From an uncultured Faecalimonas sp. (GTDB taxonomy: Bacteria > Bacillota > Clostridia > Lachnospirales > Lachnospiraceae), in NCBI GenBank assembly GCA_964623905.1, contig CAZUVY010000003.1, positions 2,443 through 66,442 of the forward strand: a stretch of DNA of 64,000 bases, read 5' to 3'. The notes under the pieces were generated by a model, which worked only from the letters and a program-made list of their open reading frames with translations, was not told the origin of the DNA and did not search any database. Shown here piece after piece: positions 34,411 to 44,000 of the stretch. Positions within the stretch are counted from its first letter, which is position 1. Each line of letters opens with the position of its first letter. A program made the translations under genes and the position numbers.

Positions 34411-35060
34411 GCGCACAAATCGCCTCCCATACATTCACACAAGGTATCTGCGCACCATAGATCGCAGCACAGATTCCCTGTTCCATAATTCTGACGTCCA
34501 TAATTGTAACCTGAAGTCTGATAATGCTGACCACGGAACTGCATTTGATTTGCATAATTTACATATTCCATGTTGCCAGGTTCCAGTGCTGCCGCCTGTC
34601 TCGCATGATCGACTGCCAGAATATTGTTGCCGATTCCCATATTTGCAATAGAACTGTAATAGTACCATCTTGCATCTCTGCTTGGAATATTCGCCAGCAG
34701 ATTTAATGCTTCACGAAATCTTCTTGCATTGATATAACTGCGTACATTCTGAAGCTCTGCGGATTCCTGTGTATATCCCGACGACTGATTCTGTCCGCCA
34801 TAATTGTAACTATATCCACCATTATTATAGTTACCGCTATTGTAACTTCCATTGTTATAGCTTCCGCTTCCGTTTCTCTGCTTCATGATCTGGTCATAGG
34901 CTTCCTGAACCTGCTTAAACTTCTCTTCTGCCAGATCCGCCAGCGGATTGTTCACATACGAGTCTGGATGATACTTTCTGCTCAACTCTCTGTATGCTCT
35001 CTTTATCTCATCATTACTTGCGTTTGGTGAAACACCAAGCACCTCATAAGGATTTGTCAT
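34401..35060 (-). CDS. J-domain protein with G/S/N/Y-rich linkers, a TPR-like region and a Cys-rich tail
   Basis: [31 protein letters not shown] (HPD motif). The C-terminus is [22 protein letters not shown]. Confidence 0.85.
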   Translation of the reverse strand: MTNPYEVLGVSPNASNDEIKRAYRELSRKYHPDSYVNNPLADLAEEKFKQVQEAYDQIMKQRNGSGSYNNGSYNSGNYNNGGYSYNYGGQNQSSGYTQESAELQNVRSYINARRFREALNLLANIPSRDARWYYYSSIANMGIGNNILAVDHARQAAALEPGNMEYVNYANQMQFRGQHYQTSGYNYGRQNYGTGNLCCDLWCADTLCECMGGDLCACM

Positions 35061-35074
35061 TTTCTCTCCCTCTT

Positions 35075-35911
35075 TTATTCTTGCTTTTCTATATTATTCT
35101 CTTTGTGTTTCTTGTCAAAGCTGCTCCACACTCCTGCATAAAGAATGTTTCTCAAAATCTCTGCATCCTCTATGCAAGGAAGCTTCTCAAACTGCGATGC
35201 ACATTCTGCCAGAACATAATTCAGCATCTCTCTGCATCTGTCATCAAAATCATCTTCCTCTGATAATGGGATCAAGGCATTATAATTCCCCTGCTCCTTA
35301 TCCTTCTCTAAATCATCATACGCATCCATGATATAAATAAATTTCCCAAGATAGAAACCCATCCGGCGCAGCGTCTTTTCCCAGACATCCTGCTTGTATA
35401 CCAGAAGCTCTCCCATCAATTTTCCAAAATATCTGGACACGACATCAATATCTTTCTCTCCACGCTTCTCGCACTGCTCTAATAAATACAGGCATTTGCG
35501 AATCACGAAACATTTCTCAGGATACTTTTCCTCCAATTCCAGATAGGTCCTTCGAAGTGCCTGAAGACCGATAAGCCCTGCTTTGCTCTTTTCATCCTTC
35601 CAATCATCTGCAAAATGAAAATAGGTGAGAATCATGTTCATATCGGCCGCATATTCTGTGATCTCATTGGATAACATCTTCTGCTTCTTCATCGGGTGAA
35701 CAATGCATCTCTTTTCCTCCAACTGAGTCTCACTTTCGTAAAGAGAAGTCAGCAGGATCACCAGAAATGTCATGTCATATGTAAGCGTCATCTGACCGGA
35801 AAGGCCGTATTTCTCACGAAGCACCTTGCACAATCCGCAATAATAAGCCTTATATTTATGAAATTCTCTCATCTTTAATTCCGGCTTATTCGCAACCACG
35901 TATCCGAACAC
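35075..35911 (-). CDS. DUF5685-family protein
   Basis: 278 aa: [31 protein letters not shown], a signature N-terminus as I recall it for this family. Confidence 0.7.
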   Translation of the reverse strand: MFGYVVANKPELKMREFHKYKAYYCGLCKVLREKYGLSGQMTLTYDMTFLVILLTSLYESETQLEEKRCIVHPMKKQKMLSNEITEYAADMNMILTYFHFADDWKDEKSKAGLIGLQALRRTYLELEEKYPEKCFVIRKCLYLLEQCEKRGEKDIDVVSRYFGKLMGELLVYKQDVWEKTLRRMGFYLGKFIYIMDAYDDLEKDKEQGNYNALIPLSEEDDFDDRCREMLNYVLAECASQFEKLPCIEDAEILRNILYAGVWSSFDKKHKENNIEKQE

Positions 35912-36093
35912 AGAAATCTCTCCTTCTTTTTTCCACGCAATGATCGATTTTTGTTTTTAATCTGGCTCATTATATCATAATCTTTTTTTATTTTGTAGAT
36001 TTTCTGGCATATTAATAAAACCTTTAGAAACTTTTTTATTCCTATAGTATAATCAGTATATAGTTTTTTTGTTGATTCGGAAAGGAGAAATTT

Positions 36094-37377
36094 ATGAATA
36101 CAATTGATACAAAAAATGTAATTGCCGATTGGATCACTTCACATGAAAACGAATTGATCGAAGCGGCCAATTATATTTTTGCCCATCCAGAACTGGCATA
36201 TCAGGAAACGCTTTCTTCTCAGTATCTTGCAAACTATCTGAAGGAAAATGGATTTGAGATTACATATAATACTGCTGGAATTGATACTGCATTTACCGCC
36301 GTATGGCGAAGCAATGGAAGTCCATCTGCTAAAAGGCCTTTTATCGGTTTTCTTGCAGAATATGATGCCCTTGCTGAAATCGGACATGCCTGCGGTCATA
36401 ACCTTCTTGGAACCGGTGTCTGTGCTGCCGCCTGTGCACTGAAAGCAGACATGGAGGCTAATCAAACATCTGGTACCATCTATGTATATGGCTGCCCTGC
36501 GGAAGAGATCATGTCCGGGAAAATCGTGATGGACAAGGCAGGCGTCTTTGATCATCTGGATGTAGGCGTTATGTGGCATCCATTTGACCGTAACCGTGTC
36601 AGCAACGACATCTGGCAGTCTCAGGATATCAAGAATTATACTTTTCACGGGCTCAGTGCCCACGCATCCAAAGCTCCAGAGTCAGGACGAAGTGCTCTGG
36701 ATGCCGCTGAACTTATGAACATTGCAGTCAATTATCTGCGTGAGCATGTAACGGATGATGTAAGAATGCATTACGCATATATCAACAACGGGATCCCTGC
36801 AAATGTCGTTCCTGATTTCGCAAAGACCAATTATTTTATCCGTTCTTCAAAACGCGCACGCACAGAAGATGTGAGCAGACGTGTCGACAACTGTGCCCGT
36901 GGAGCTGCATTGATGACAGATACGACTGTAGAAATCGAACTTTTGAAAAGCTGCAAGGAGATGAAAGTAAATCGCGTTCTCGCTGAGATCTACTATGATG
37001 CGATGACGAGGATCCCAACACCAGAATATTCTGAGGAAGAGCTGGCTATTGCAGCACAGATCACCAAAGAAGCCGGACTTGGAAACGATGGAACACTTTT
37101 TTCAGGTCTGGAACCATTGGAAACGGAACCAGTACCTCTTCCAATCGGTACGGATGCAGCCGAAGTCAGTCATACGATTCCATTGATCACATTGAGTGCT
37201 GCTACAATGTGCAAAGGTACTCCGCTCCATCACTGGGCTGCTGCAAAACAAGCCGGCATGAGCATCGGCCACAAAGGCATGCTTTACGCTGCAAGATGTA
37301 TGGCAGAAGGAACCAAATTACTGCTCGAAACACCTGGCGCATTAGAACGCGTATGGGAATTCCACAGAAATAACTAG
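36094..37377 (+). CDS. M20-family amidohydrolase (AbgB / aminoacylase-like)
   Basis: 427 aa: GFLAEYDALAEIGHACGHNLLG. AGGAGA RBS. Confidence 0.8.
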   Translation: MNTIDTKNVIADWITSHENELIEAANYIFAHPELAYQETLSSQYLANYLKENGFEITYNTAGIDTAFTAVWRSNGSPSAKRPFIGFLAEYDALAEIGHACGHNLLGTGVCAAACALKADMEANQTSGTIYVYGCPAEEIMSGKIVMDKAGVFDHLDVGVMWHPFDRNRVSNDIWQSQDIKNYTFHGLSAHASKAPESGRSALDAAELMNIAVNYLREHVTDDVRMHYAYINNGIPANVVPDFAKTNYFIRSSKRARTEDVSRRVDNCARGAALMTDTTVEIELLKSCKEMKVNRVLAEIYYDAMTRIPTPEYSEEELAIAAQITKEAGLGNDGTLFSGLEPLETEPVPLPIGTDAAEVSHTIPLITLSAATMCKGTPLHHWAAAKQAGMSIGHKGMLYAARCMAEGTKLLLETPGALERVWEFHRNN

Positions 37378-37393
37378 GCAGCTTGGATTTATG

Positions 37394-37460
37394 CAAAAAA
37401 GAGTAATGCTCTACCGCCAAAATCATCAAAATTGACGGTAGTGTATTACTCTTTATTTAT
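37394..37460. terminator. Bidirectional terminator between the convergent M20 and MATE genes
   Basis: A-run, a 17-nt imperfect stem AGAGTAATGCTCTACCG / CGGTAGTGTATTACTCT, then a T-rich run. Confidence 0.6.
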
Positions 37461-37477
37461 ATGTGCCCAAAAACACG

Positions 37478-38821
37478 CTATTTACTTAATTTATACATGG
37501 TCTTTTTCCAATCCCCATGCAGATATCTTCCCACAAAGCATATGATACGGAATATCCAGTCAATTACCATCGCAATCCAGACTCCAATTGCGCCCATTCC
37601 CATATTTACTCCTAAAATCAGGCTAAATCCAATACGGAATACGCACATAGAAAAGATAGAGACGACCATGGTATAACGTACATCGTTGCAAGCGCGAAGC
37701 ATATTTGGAAAAACAAAGGCAAGTGGCCACAAAAGCATGGCAGCTCCATTATGTATCATTACCAAAATGTATGCAAGATGCGTTGTCTCTGCTCCAAGTC
37801 CATAGATTGCAAGAACCGATTCCAGATTTAGAAGCAATGTAATGTTCACGATCGCAGTTGCAATGTAAGTAATCGCAAGTAATTTCTTGACATAATATCG
37901 AATCTGCTTCTGATCGTCTGCACCTACACACCTTCCGATCACAGTGATCATCGCAAGATTCATTGCCTGTCCTACGATACAGCCAATACTATCCAGACTG
38001 TTTGCCACACCATTTGCTGCAATTTGAATCGTTCCAAATCCAGAAATAATACTTACAACCAGAACTCTGCCTAATTGGAAAAGCCCGTTCTCAATACTGC
38101 TTGGAATTCCAATGTAAAGAATATTCTTAATGATCTCCCAATCCATGTGAAATGGTTCTTTATCAAAATAGACTTCGTGCTTTGGATTACGCAGCAACAC
38201 ATAAAGAATGATTCCCATCACGGCACGCGACACCAAAGAAGGAATCGCAACACCTGCGACACCCATATGGAGCACAAAAATACAGAATGCATTCCCAACC
38301 ACATTGATCACATTTCCGATTACCGAAACAACAAATGTTACATTTGCTTTTCCCATAGACCGGAACAATGCTGCGCAGGCATTATACACTCCTAAAAACG
38401 GAAAAGAAACCGCCGAGATCGCCAAATAGATCAGTGCCGCATTCATAACTTCCGGTTCAATGCTTCCAAAAAACAGTTTCAAAAGACCATTTCTGAAAAC
38501 GATCACAACTACCGTTAGTATCGTACTAAAAAGAATGACAGAAAACAGCAATTGTTTTGCGGCCCTGCGGGCATTTTCCATCTTGGAAGCACCAATATTC
38601 TGACTGACGATGACAGCACCACCTGTCGCCAATGCGGATAATACGCTGAAAATCAACATGTTAAGCATATCTACCAGCGATACCCCCGAAACAGCCACTT
38701 CGCCTACCGATGAGATCATCATCGTATCCGCCATTCCAACCGTAATCGCCAGGGCCTGTTCCAGAATCAGGGGAACAATCAATTTTCTAAGATCTTTATT
38801 TGAAAATAAATATTTCATCAC
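37478..38821 (-). CDS. MATE-family efflux transporter
   Basis: 447 aa, 12 predicted TM helices. The N-terminal LRKLIVPLILEQALAITVGMADTMM is typical of the family. Confidence 0.88.
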   Translation of the reverse strand: MMKYLFSNKDLRKLIVPLILEQALAITVGMADTMMISSVGEVAVSGVSLVDMLNMLIFSVLSALATGGAVIVSQNIGASKMENARRAAKQLLFSVILFSTILTVVVIVFRNGLLKLFFGSIEPEVMNAALIYLAISAVSFPFLGVYNACAALFRSMGKANVTFVVSVIGNVINVVGNAFCIFVLHMGVAGVAIPSLVSRAVMGIILYVLLRNPKHEVYFDKEPFHMDWEIIKNILYIGIPSSIENGLFQLGRVLVVSIISGFGTIQIAANGVANSLDSIGCIVGQAMNLAMITVIGRCVGADDQKQIRYYVKKLLAITYIATAIVNITLLLNLESVLAIYGLGAETTHLAYILVMIHNGAAMLLWPLAFVFPNMLRACNDVRYTMVVSIFSMCVFRIGFSLILGVNMGMGAIGVWIAMVIDWIFRIICFVGRYLHGDWKKTMYKLSK

Positions 38822-38865
38822 TTATCACCTCTTCTTAAACGATACTACCATACATCAAAAAGAAA

Positions 38866-38895
38866 TGCCAGAAAACGAGTCTATACAGACTCGCT
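38866..38895 (-). terminator. Terminator after the kinase-HD gene
   Basis: Minus strand CGAGTCT-GTAT-AGACTCG, followed by TTTTCT. Confidence 0.6.
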
Positions 38896-38907
38896 TTCCA
38901 ACACTTT

Positions 38908-39867
38908 TTAATTCACACTCGCAGCTTCATCTGCCTCATGGAGCAGTAATACTTCCTGATATAATTTTTCGCCCCATTGTTTTTTCAGCTTTGTATTTCC
39001 GGAAGCCTGCTGCCAGTTAAATGGATGCATATGCAGGTTGATCAGCACCGAGATTTCCAGAACATCCTCCATCGTTTTGTCTGGAAAGTCAAAAAACAGT
39101 GCATCATGCGCCCCTGTGCATGGATGCTGGTAATAGTGTGCGATTTCTGTTTTATTTCCTCTCGAATCCAAAAACGCTTTTGTAAATGGCTTCCCGCAGT
39201 CATGCAGCAAAGCTGCCATCGCAAGATTGGAATCAGCCTTGCTGTATCCATTTTCAACCAAATACGCATAAGTGTCTTTCATATGTGTACCAAGCGTTTC
39301 CTGATGATATGGATTGTCCTGCTGATAATCCATATACATCTCCACAAAAGATTCCGGTGTTCCTCTAAAACCTTTTGCGCCATCCGAATAATAAATATAA
39401 ATCTGGTCCCACCCTTCGTGATAATACGGTGTATTCCAGTTCAGGTACATTTTTTTGATCACATGCTCTGCTACCACACGCGAACGCTGGCCGTTTCTTT
39501 CCAAACAAACTTCGTAAGGCGTAGCACAGATCACACAGATCTTTTCGCCGGAAAATCGCTTCAGATTTGCAAGAAACGCTTTTCGTTTTTTCGAGTTAAT
39601 ATTGCAGGCATCATAGATGACATCCTTTCCAGCCCTCAGCGCCTGATCTGTGCGCTGTTTCATGAGATTGAACACTTCTTCGTGATCTCCCTGCTCCTTT
39701 TCTGTCCCATACAGTTCCTTTCGGATCATATCAGAGCCAAGCCAGACAACATCTTCCTCTGCTCTGTTCATTTTCTGAACCAAAGTATCTCGGATTAAAT
39801 TCACCAATGTTGTCTTCCCAGATCCTGGAAGACCCGCCAGCATTATAAATCTATTCTTCATTCTCAA
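38908..39867 (-). CDS. Bifunctional polynucleotide 5'-kinase (P-loop, T4 Pnk-like) / HD phosphohydrolase fusion (putative RNA end-healing enzyme)
   Basis: 319 aa. N-terminal half: GLPGSGKT, SDMIRKE, VIYDACN, RNGQRSRVVAEHVIKKMY. C-terminal half: HQETLGTH...LLHDCGK...HPCTGAHD...HEADEAAS. Confidence 0.75.
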   Translation of the reverse strand: MRMKNRFIMLAGLPGSGKTTLVNLIRDTLVQKMNRAEEDVVWLGSDMIRKELYGTEKEQGDHEEVFNLMKQRTDQALRAGKDVIYDACNINSKKRKAFLANLKRFSGEKICVICATPYEVCLERNGQRSRVVAEHVIKKMYLNWNTPYYHEGWDQIYIYYSDGAKGFRGTPESFVEMYMDYQQDNPYHQETLGTHMKDTYAYLVENGYSKADSNLAMAALLHDCGKPFTKAFLDSRGNKTEIAHYYQHPCTGAHDALFFDFPDKTMEDVLEISVLINLHMHPFNWQQASGNTKLKKQWGEKLYQEVLLLHEADEAASVN

Positions 39868-40891
39868 ACACTCCCTTGTACTCTGTGATACCCATATCTT
39901 TCAACTTCAAGTATCCATGGCTTTTCTTTAAAACATGATATTTCTTTCCATAATATTTGCAGCGCACAAATCCCTGAATCTCTTTTCTGACATTTTCATT
40001 GACCCAGATCATAAACTCTTTTTTGTCATTCTTTGGCGCTGCTTCAAACATTGCATCCACCTCTGCATTTGTTCTGTTTGCATAATCATAGACATATCTT
40101 GCTGCTTTTAACACTCTGTCTTTGTATGCCTTTGGAACTTTTGCAATCATATCATCAAATTTATATTCACTACAAATCCTTCTGCCTCACTTGATTTTTT
40201 ATCATCCAGCTCCGCTATGATTTCATCTAATGTTTTTAAAAAAACTTCTGTTGTTGGAACCTGATATTTCTCCGCAAATCCCAATACTTCTTTGTAACTT
40301 GCCTCTTTTCCATCCTCAACATTTCTGATACCGATCAAGAAAAGACCTTCTACATCGTATTTTACTACATGCGCATCTCTTTCTGAGATATATTCAAAGA
40401 TAAATGTCTTATCTGCATGCTCTTTCAGCATATTCTGATACCCTTCTTGTCCCATGAGCATGCGGTATCCATCTTCCAGACGCCACGAAGTGTCTTTATT
40501 CAAAGACTGACTTCCTGCCATCACAATCTGTCCATTGTAGAATCTTGCCGCCTGCATAGAACCATCCAGTTTATTTGAAATCTCAACACAAGAAGCTTCC
40601 TGGATACGTCTTCTGACATTTTCATAAGAAGTCCCAGAACGAATCAAACGAAAACTCATCAGATTCTTTAAAAAGATGTCCGTATTCTTTATATCGGATT
40701 AAAAGGAGTCCATTTTCTTCATTGAACGAAAGACCTTTTATGAGCGAATCGTATGTTTCGTCTTTTAACATTCTGACCCAGTATTCCACACAAGACTCTT
40801 TTTCTTGATCATAATCCCAGAGTGGATAACCAGCTTTCAAAACCTTTTCTTTTATTTCACAAAATTTATTTAAAACTACATTCCAACTCAT
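39851..40891 (-). pseudogene. Rnl1-like ATP-dependent RNA ligase, split into three overlapping ORFs by two frameshifts
   Basis: Fragment A is 40891->40622, fragment B 40659->40147, fragment C 40150->39851. Fragment B holds nucleotidyltransferase motif I KLDGS (40561-40572), III FIFEY, IIIa LFLIGIRNV and IV EGFVV. Fragment C's frame is open back to 40186 and reads ...EYKFDDMIAKVPKAY; the Tyr that closes this stretch falls 16 residues after EGFV, the same spacing as the Tyr closing T4 Rnl1 motif V (16 residues after EGYV). Confidence 0.65.
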
Positions 40892-40962
40892 CTCTATCTC
40901 TCCTTACCTTTCTTAATTCTCCTTTAAATTAACATCATAGAAGAAATAATTTTTTTCGACAC

Positions 40963-40990
40963 AAAAAGAGGTGCGACCGAAGTCACACCC
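40963..40990 (-). terminator. Terminator after the giant surface-protein gene
   Basis: Minus strand GGTGTGAC-TTCG-GTCGCACC, followed by TCTTTTT. Confidence 0.75.
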
Positions 40991-41004
40991 CTTATCGTTC
41001 CGTA

Positions 41005-44000
41005 TTAAAATCTCTTCTTAAAGCGCTTCATTCCAACTACTCCAAGACACATCACTGCACCAATCAGAACTATGATATAGATTGCTGCCTGACTATTGTC
41101 ACCGCTTGATGGACTGTCTGCATCCACAGAAACATCTGGTTTGTTTGTATCATCTCCATTGTTTCCGTAACTAACATCCTCAAGTGAAAGTGTCACTGGT
41201 TTTGGCATAGGAGCTTCTGTTCCCTGGTCGTACGCTTCCCCTGTCCATACCTGTACAGTTGAATAGATCTCTGCATCCATCAGCGTATCTTCCATGAGAT
41301 AGCTTATCGTTGCTTCACCGTTTGCACTTACAACCACATCTGATTCAAATGTATATTCCTTCACATCCTCTGCCTTGTCTGAAGCAAATACCTGATTCTT
41401 CAGATCGAGTGTTACTGTTCCAGAAGCATTTCCGTTATTTCTTACCGGAATCTGTACCAGACAGTCTGTAGAGTTTGGAATACTTGTGATCTGTGGCAGA
41501 TCCATTGGAACAATGTAGCTTCCATATAGAACCTCGGTTTCGCCGGAAGCAGTATATTTTGCCTGATTTCCAAGTCCAGAAACCGTTACTTTCAAATCAG
41601 TCGTTTCATCAAAATCTTCTGGAATTGTAAGTTCTACCGTAACATCCTTGCTGCGTCCTGAGAGAATCTCATCCTCTACCGTAAGATTTAATGTTTCACC
41701 GATACCAGAAACAGTAATAGCTGCTCCATTTAAAGTTTCAAAGCCTTCGTTTGAAATTGTAAGATCTACATTTACAGTTGTTCCTGGAAGTGGATAATCC
41801 AGAGCATCCACCGTAACTGCAAGTTTTGGTTCATCTACACTTGTCTGTGTCATGATATCCGCACTTGTACTTTCTCTTCGAAGCATTTCATTGAATCTGC
41901 TGTATACCAATAAAAACTTACTTGTTTCTTCATTTTCCATGCAGATGTTGTCCAATGCTCCGATCGGACGGTCTTCGTCAGTCAAAGCAACCGGTGATCC
42001 TACCGCATAGAGTCCTTCCTCTTTTGATTCCAGCATCATACCATAGATCTCATCTGTAGGAACAAGCGTTGTATCCTCTTTATCTGTTGCAACCCAGCTT
42101 ACCATGACATTACCATCATCTGCTATAGATGCAGTAAATCTTGTACCGATATAAACAGATTCATCGCTTGCAACTGTAGCTACGCCAGTTTCTTCAGGCG
42201 TTTTCACCGTATAAGTTCCATCTGCATTTGCAACTACATACGCCTGATCCTGTACCTCTTCACTGTCAGTATCTCTTGCAACAAAATCAGACATATAAAC
42301 TACTTCACCATTCTGATTCCACATCATATATAAATAATCATCTGTACTGAGCACCTGTGGACTTTGTGCACAGTCATTATAATCTGTAAGAGCAATCAAT
42401 GCAGTCGGAGTCGGCACGCCATCTTCGTCGAATTCATAAGTTCTTAGATAAATCTGACGGTCTTCGATATCCGCTTCAAGCTCTCCGGTCTCTTCATTTG
42501 TAACTGTAAGACGTCCGTTCTGATCAAGAACCGCAACTTCTCCTAAAATACCATCATGTACAAAAGGAACCACATCTACAATTCGATACTGTTTTCCGTC
42601 TTTACTCATTGCACGAACAGGAGTTGATGTCCAGTTCTCTGTATCATTTACATTAGCACTTGCCATAGCAATAGTTCTTTCGTTGCTCAACAAGTCTTCC
42701 ACCGTCACATCTTCTTCTGTTGGAAATACATTTCTCTGATAATACACATAAACCATATCACCATTTTGAACTGCTTCCAGACCTCCGCAGAAAACAGTTG
42801 AATTCTGAGCAATTGCGAATGCTTCGCCCATAGCTTCTCCACTGTTCTTATCAAAGAAGCGGCCTTTTAAACTCATAGCATTCATGGCCTTTGCGATTTG
42901 ATCTGCGGTGATATTTTCTAAATCTATATCCCCTAATACCTTATCTAAATTTGCTTCAGACCATGTCACCAGAATGCGATCCTCTAATTCAAATACATTG
43001 ATATCGTATTGGAGAGACGTTGTAGCTTCTCCAATATTTTCGCTTACATAATCTACCTCACTCCATGTCTTACCACCATCACTGCTGATAGAGTAAGCCG
43101 CGCTGAGATAATTCAGACTTCCATCTTCTGCATGGTTGTCTGTCAGGAACAATACCATGATCTTGCCGCTGTCTAACTGTACCAACTGGACTTCTGTATT
43201 CATAAATACACCAGAAGCAATGGTGTCGCTAGTCATTGTGCCAGAACGCAATACCTGCGTACTCTGTTCTGGACGTTCCTTTGCACTGAAGGTTGCATTT
43301 TCCAATGCCTCTTCTAAAGTTTCATAGCTCTTGCCAGAAGAAAGTCGGTAAGACTGCAGTGCCGATGTATTCTCCTGCAAATCCTGAATTGTCTTAAGAT
43401 TAGCAAGCAATGTTTCATTTCCAAAATCGTATGGATTTGAATTGTATTCTATCTCTGCACTGAATGCCATCAGATCCACACCAATGCCAACATCCCAACT
43501 GATCTGACCTGCAGCATCAACCGGTGTAAAGTCAACCGTGAATGGTGCCTCTATCGTACCTTCTGCAAAGATACTTGCCCAGTTATTATAACCGACACCG
43601 CCCTTAACGCCAAATTTCAAGATTGGAGCAGCGAAAAAGGCATTTACATCCGTCGTTGCATCCTCAACTATAGTTGTCAGTACCGCACCTAATTGTGTTC
43701 CCTCTGGAAGATTCATCTGTAACTGTATATAAGCTTCCGTAGTGAGTGTAATACAAACATAACATGGCACACCATATACTGTAAAAGGAATATTCTTTTT
43801 AACAGCCCCAAATATACCAAGTGCAAACTCAAATCCTGTCAGATAATGTATTAATCCTCCATTTCCATCGTCTGCTGTCTGAACGGTAAATTTCAGATAG
43901 AATACAGGAGCAATTTCAACCTGAGTTGCACTCTTCTGCTTCAAATCCGCTGCACCTTTTGGGTCGTCTGAAGATGCGCCTTCCAAAAGATCCTTGGTTC

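Noticed and set aside
38977-39798. A 273-codon plus-strand ORF covering almost the whole kinase-HD gene. It is the longest antisense ORF in the window, which raised the question of an overlapping gene.
   Set aside because: The predicted protein is low-information (Cys/Ile/Phe/Arg-rich) with no start-site signals. The minus-strand frame carries clear P-loop and HD motifs. The ORF is treated as a shadow ORF unless Ribo-seq says otherwise.
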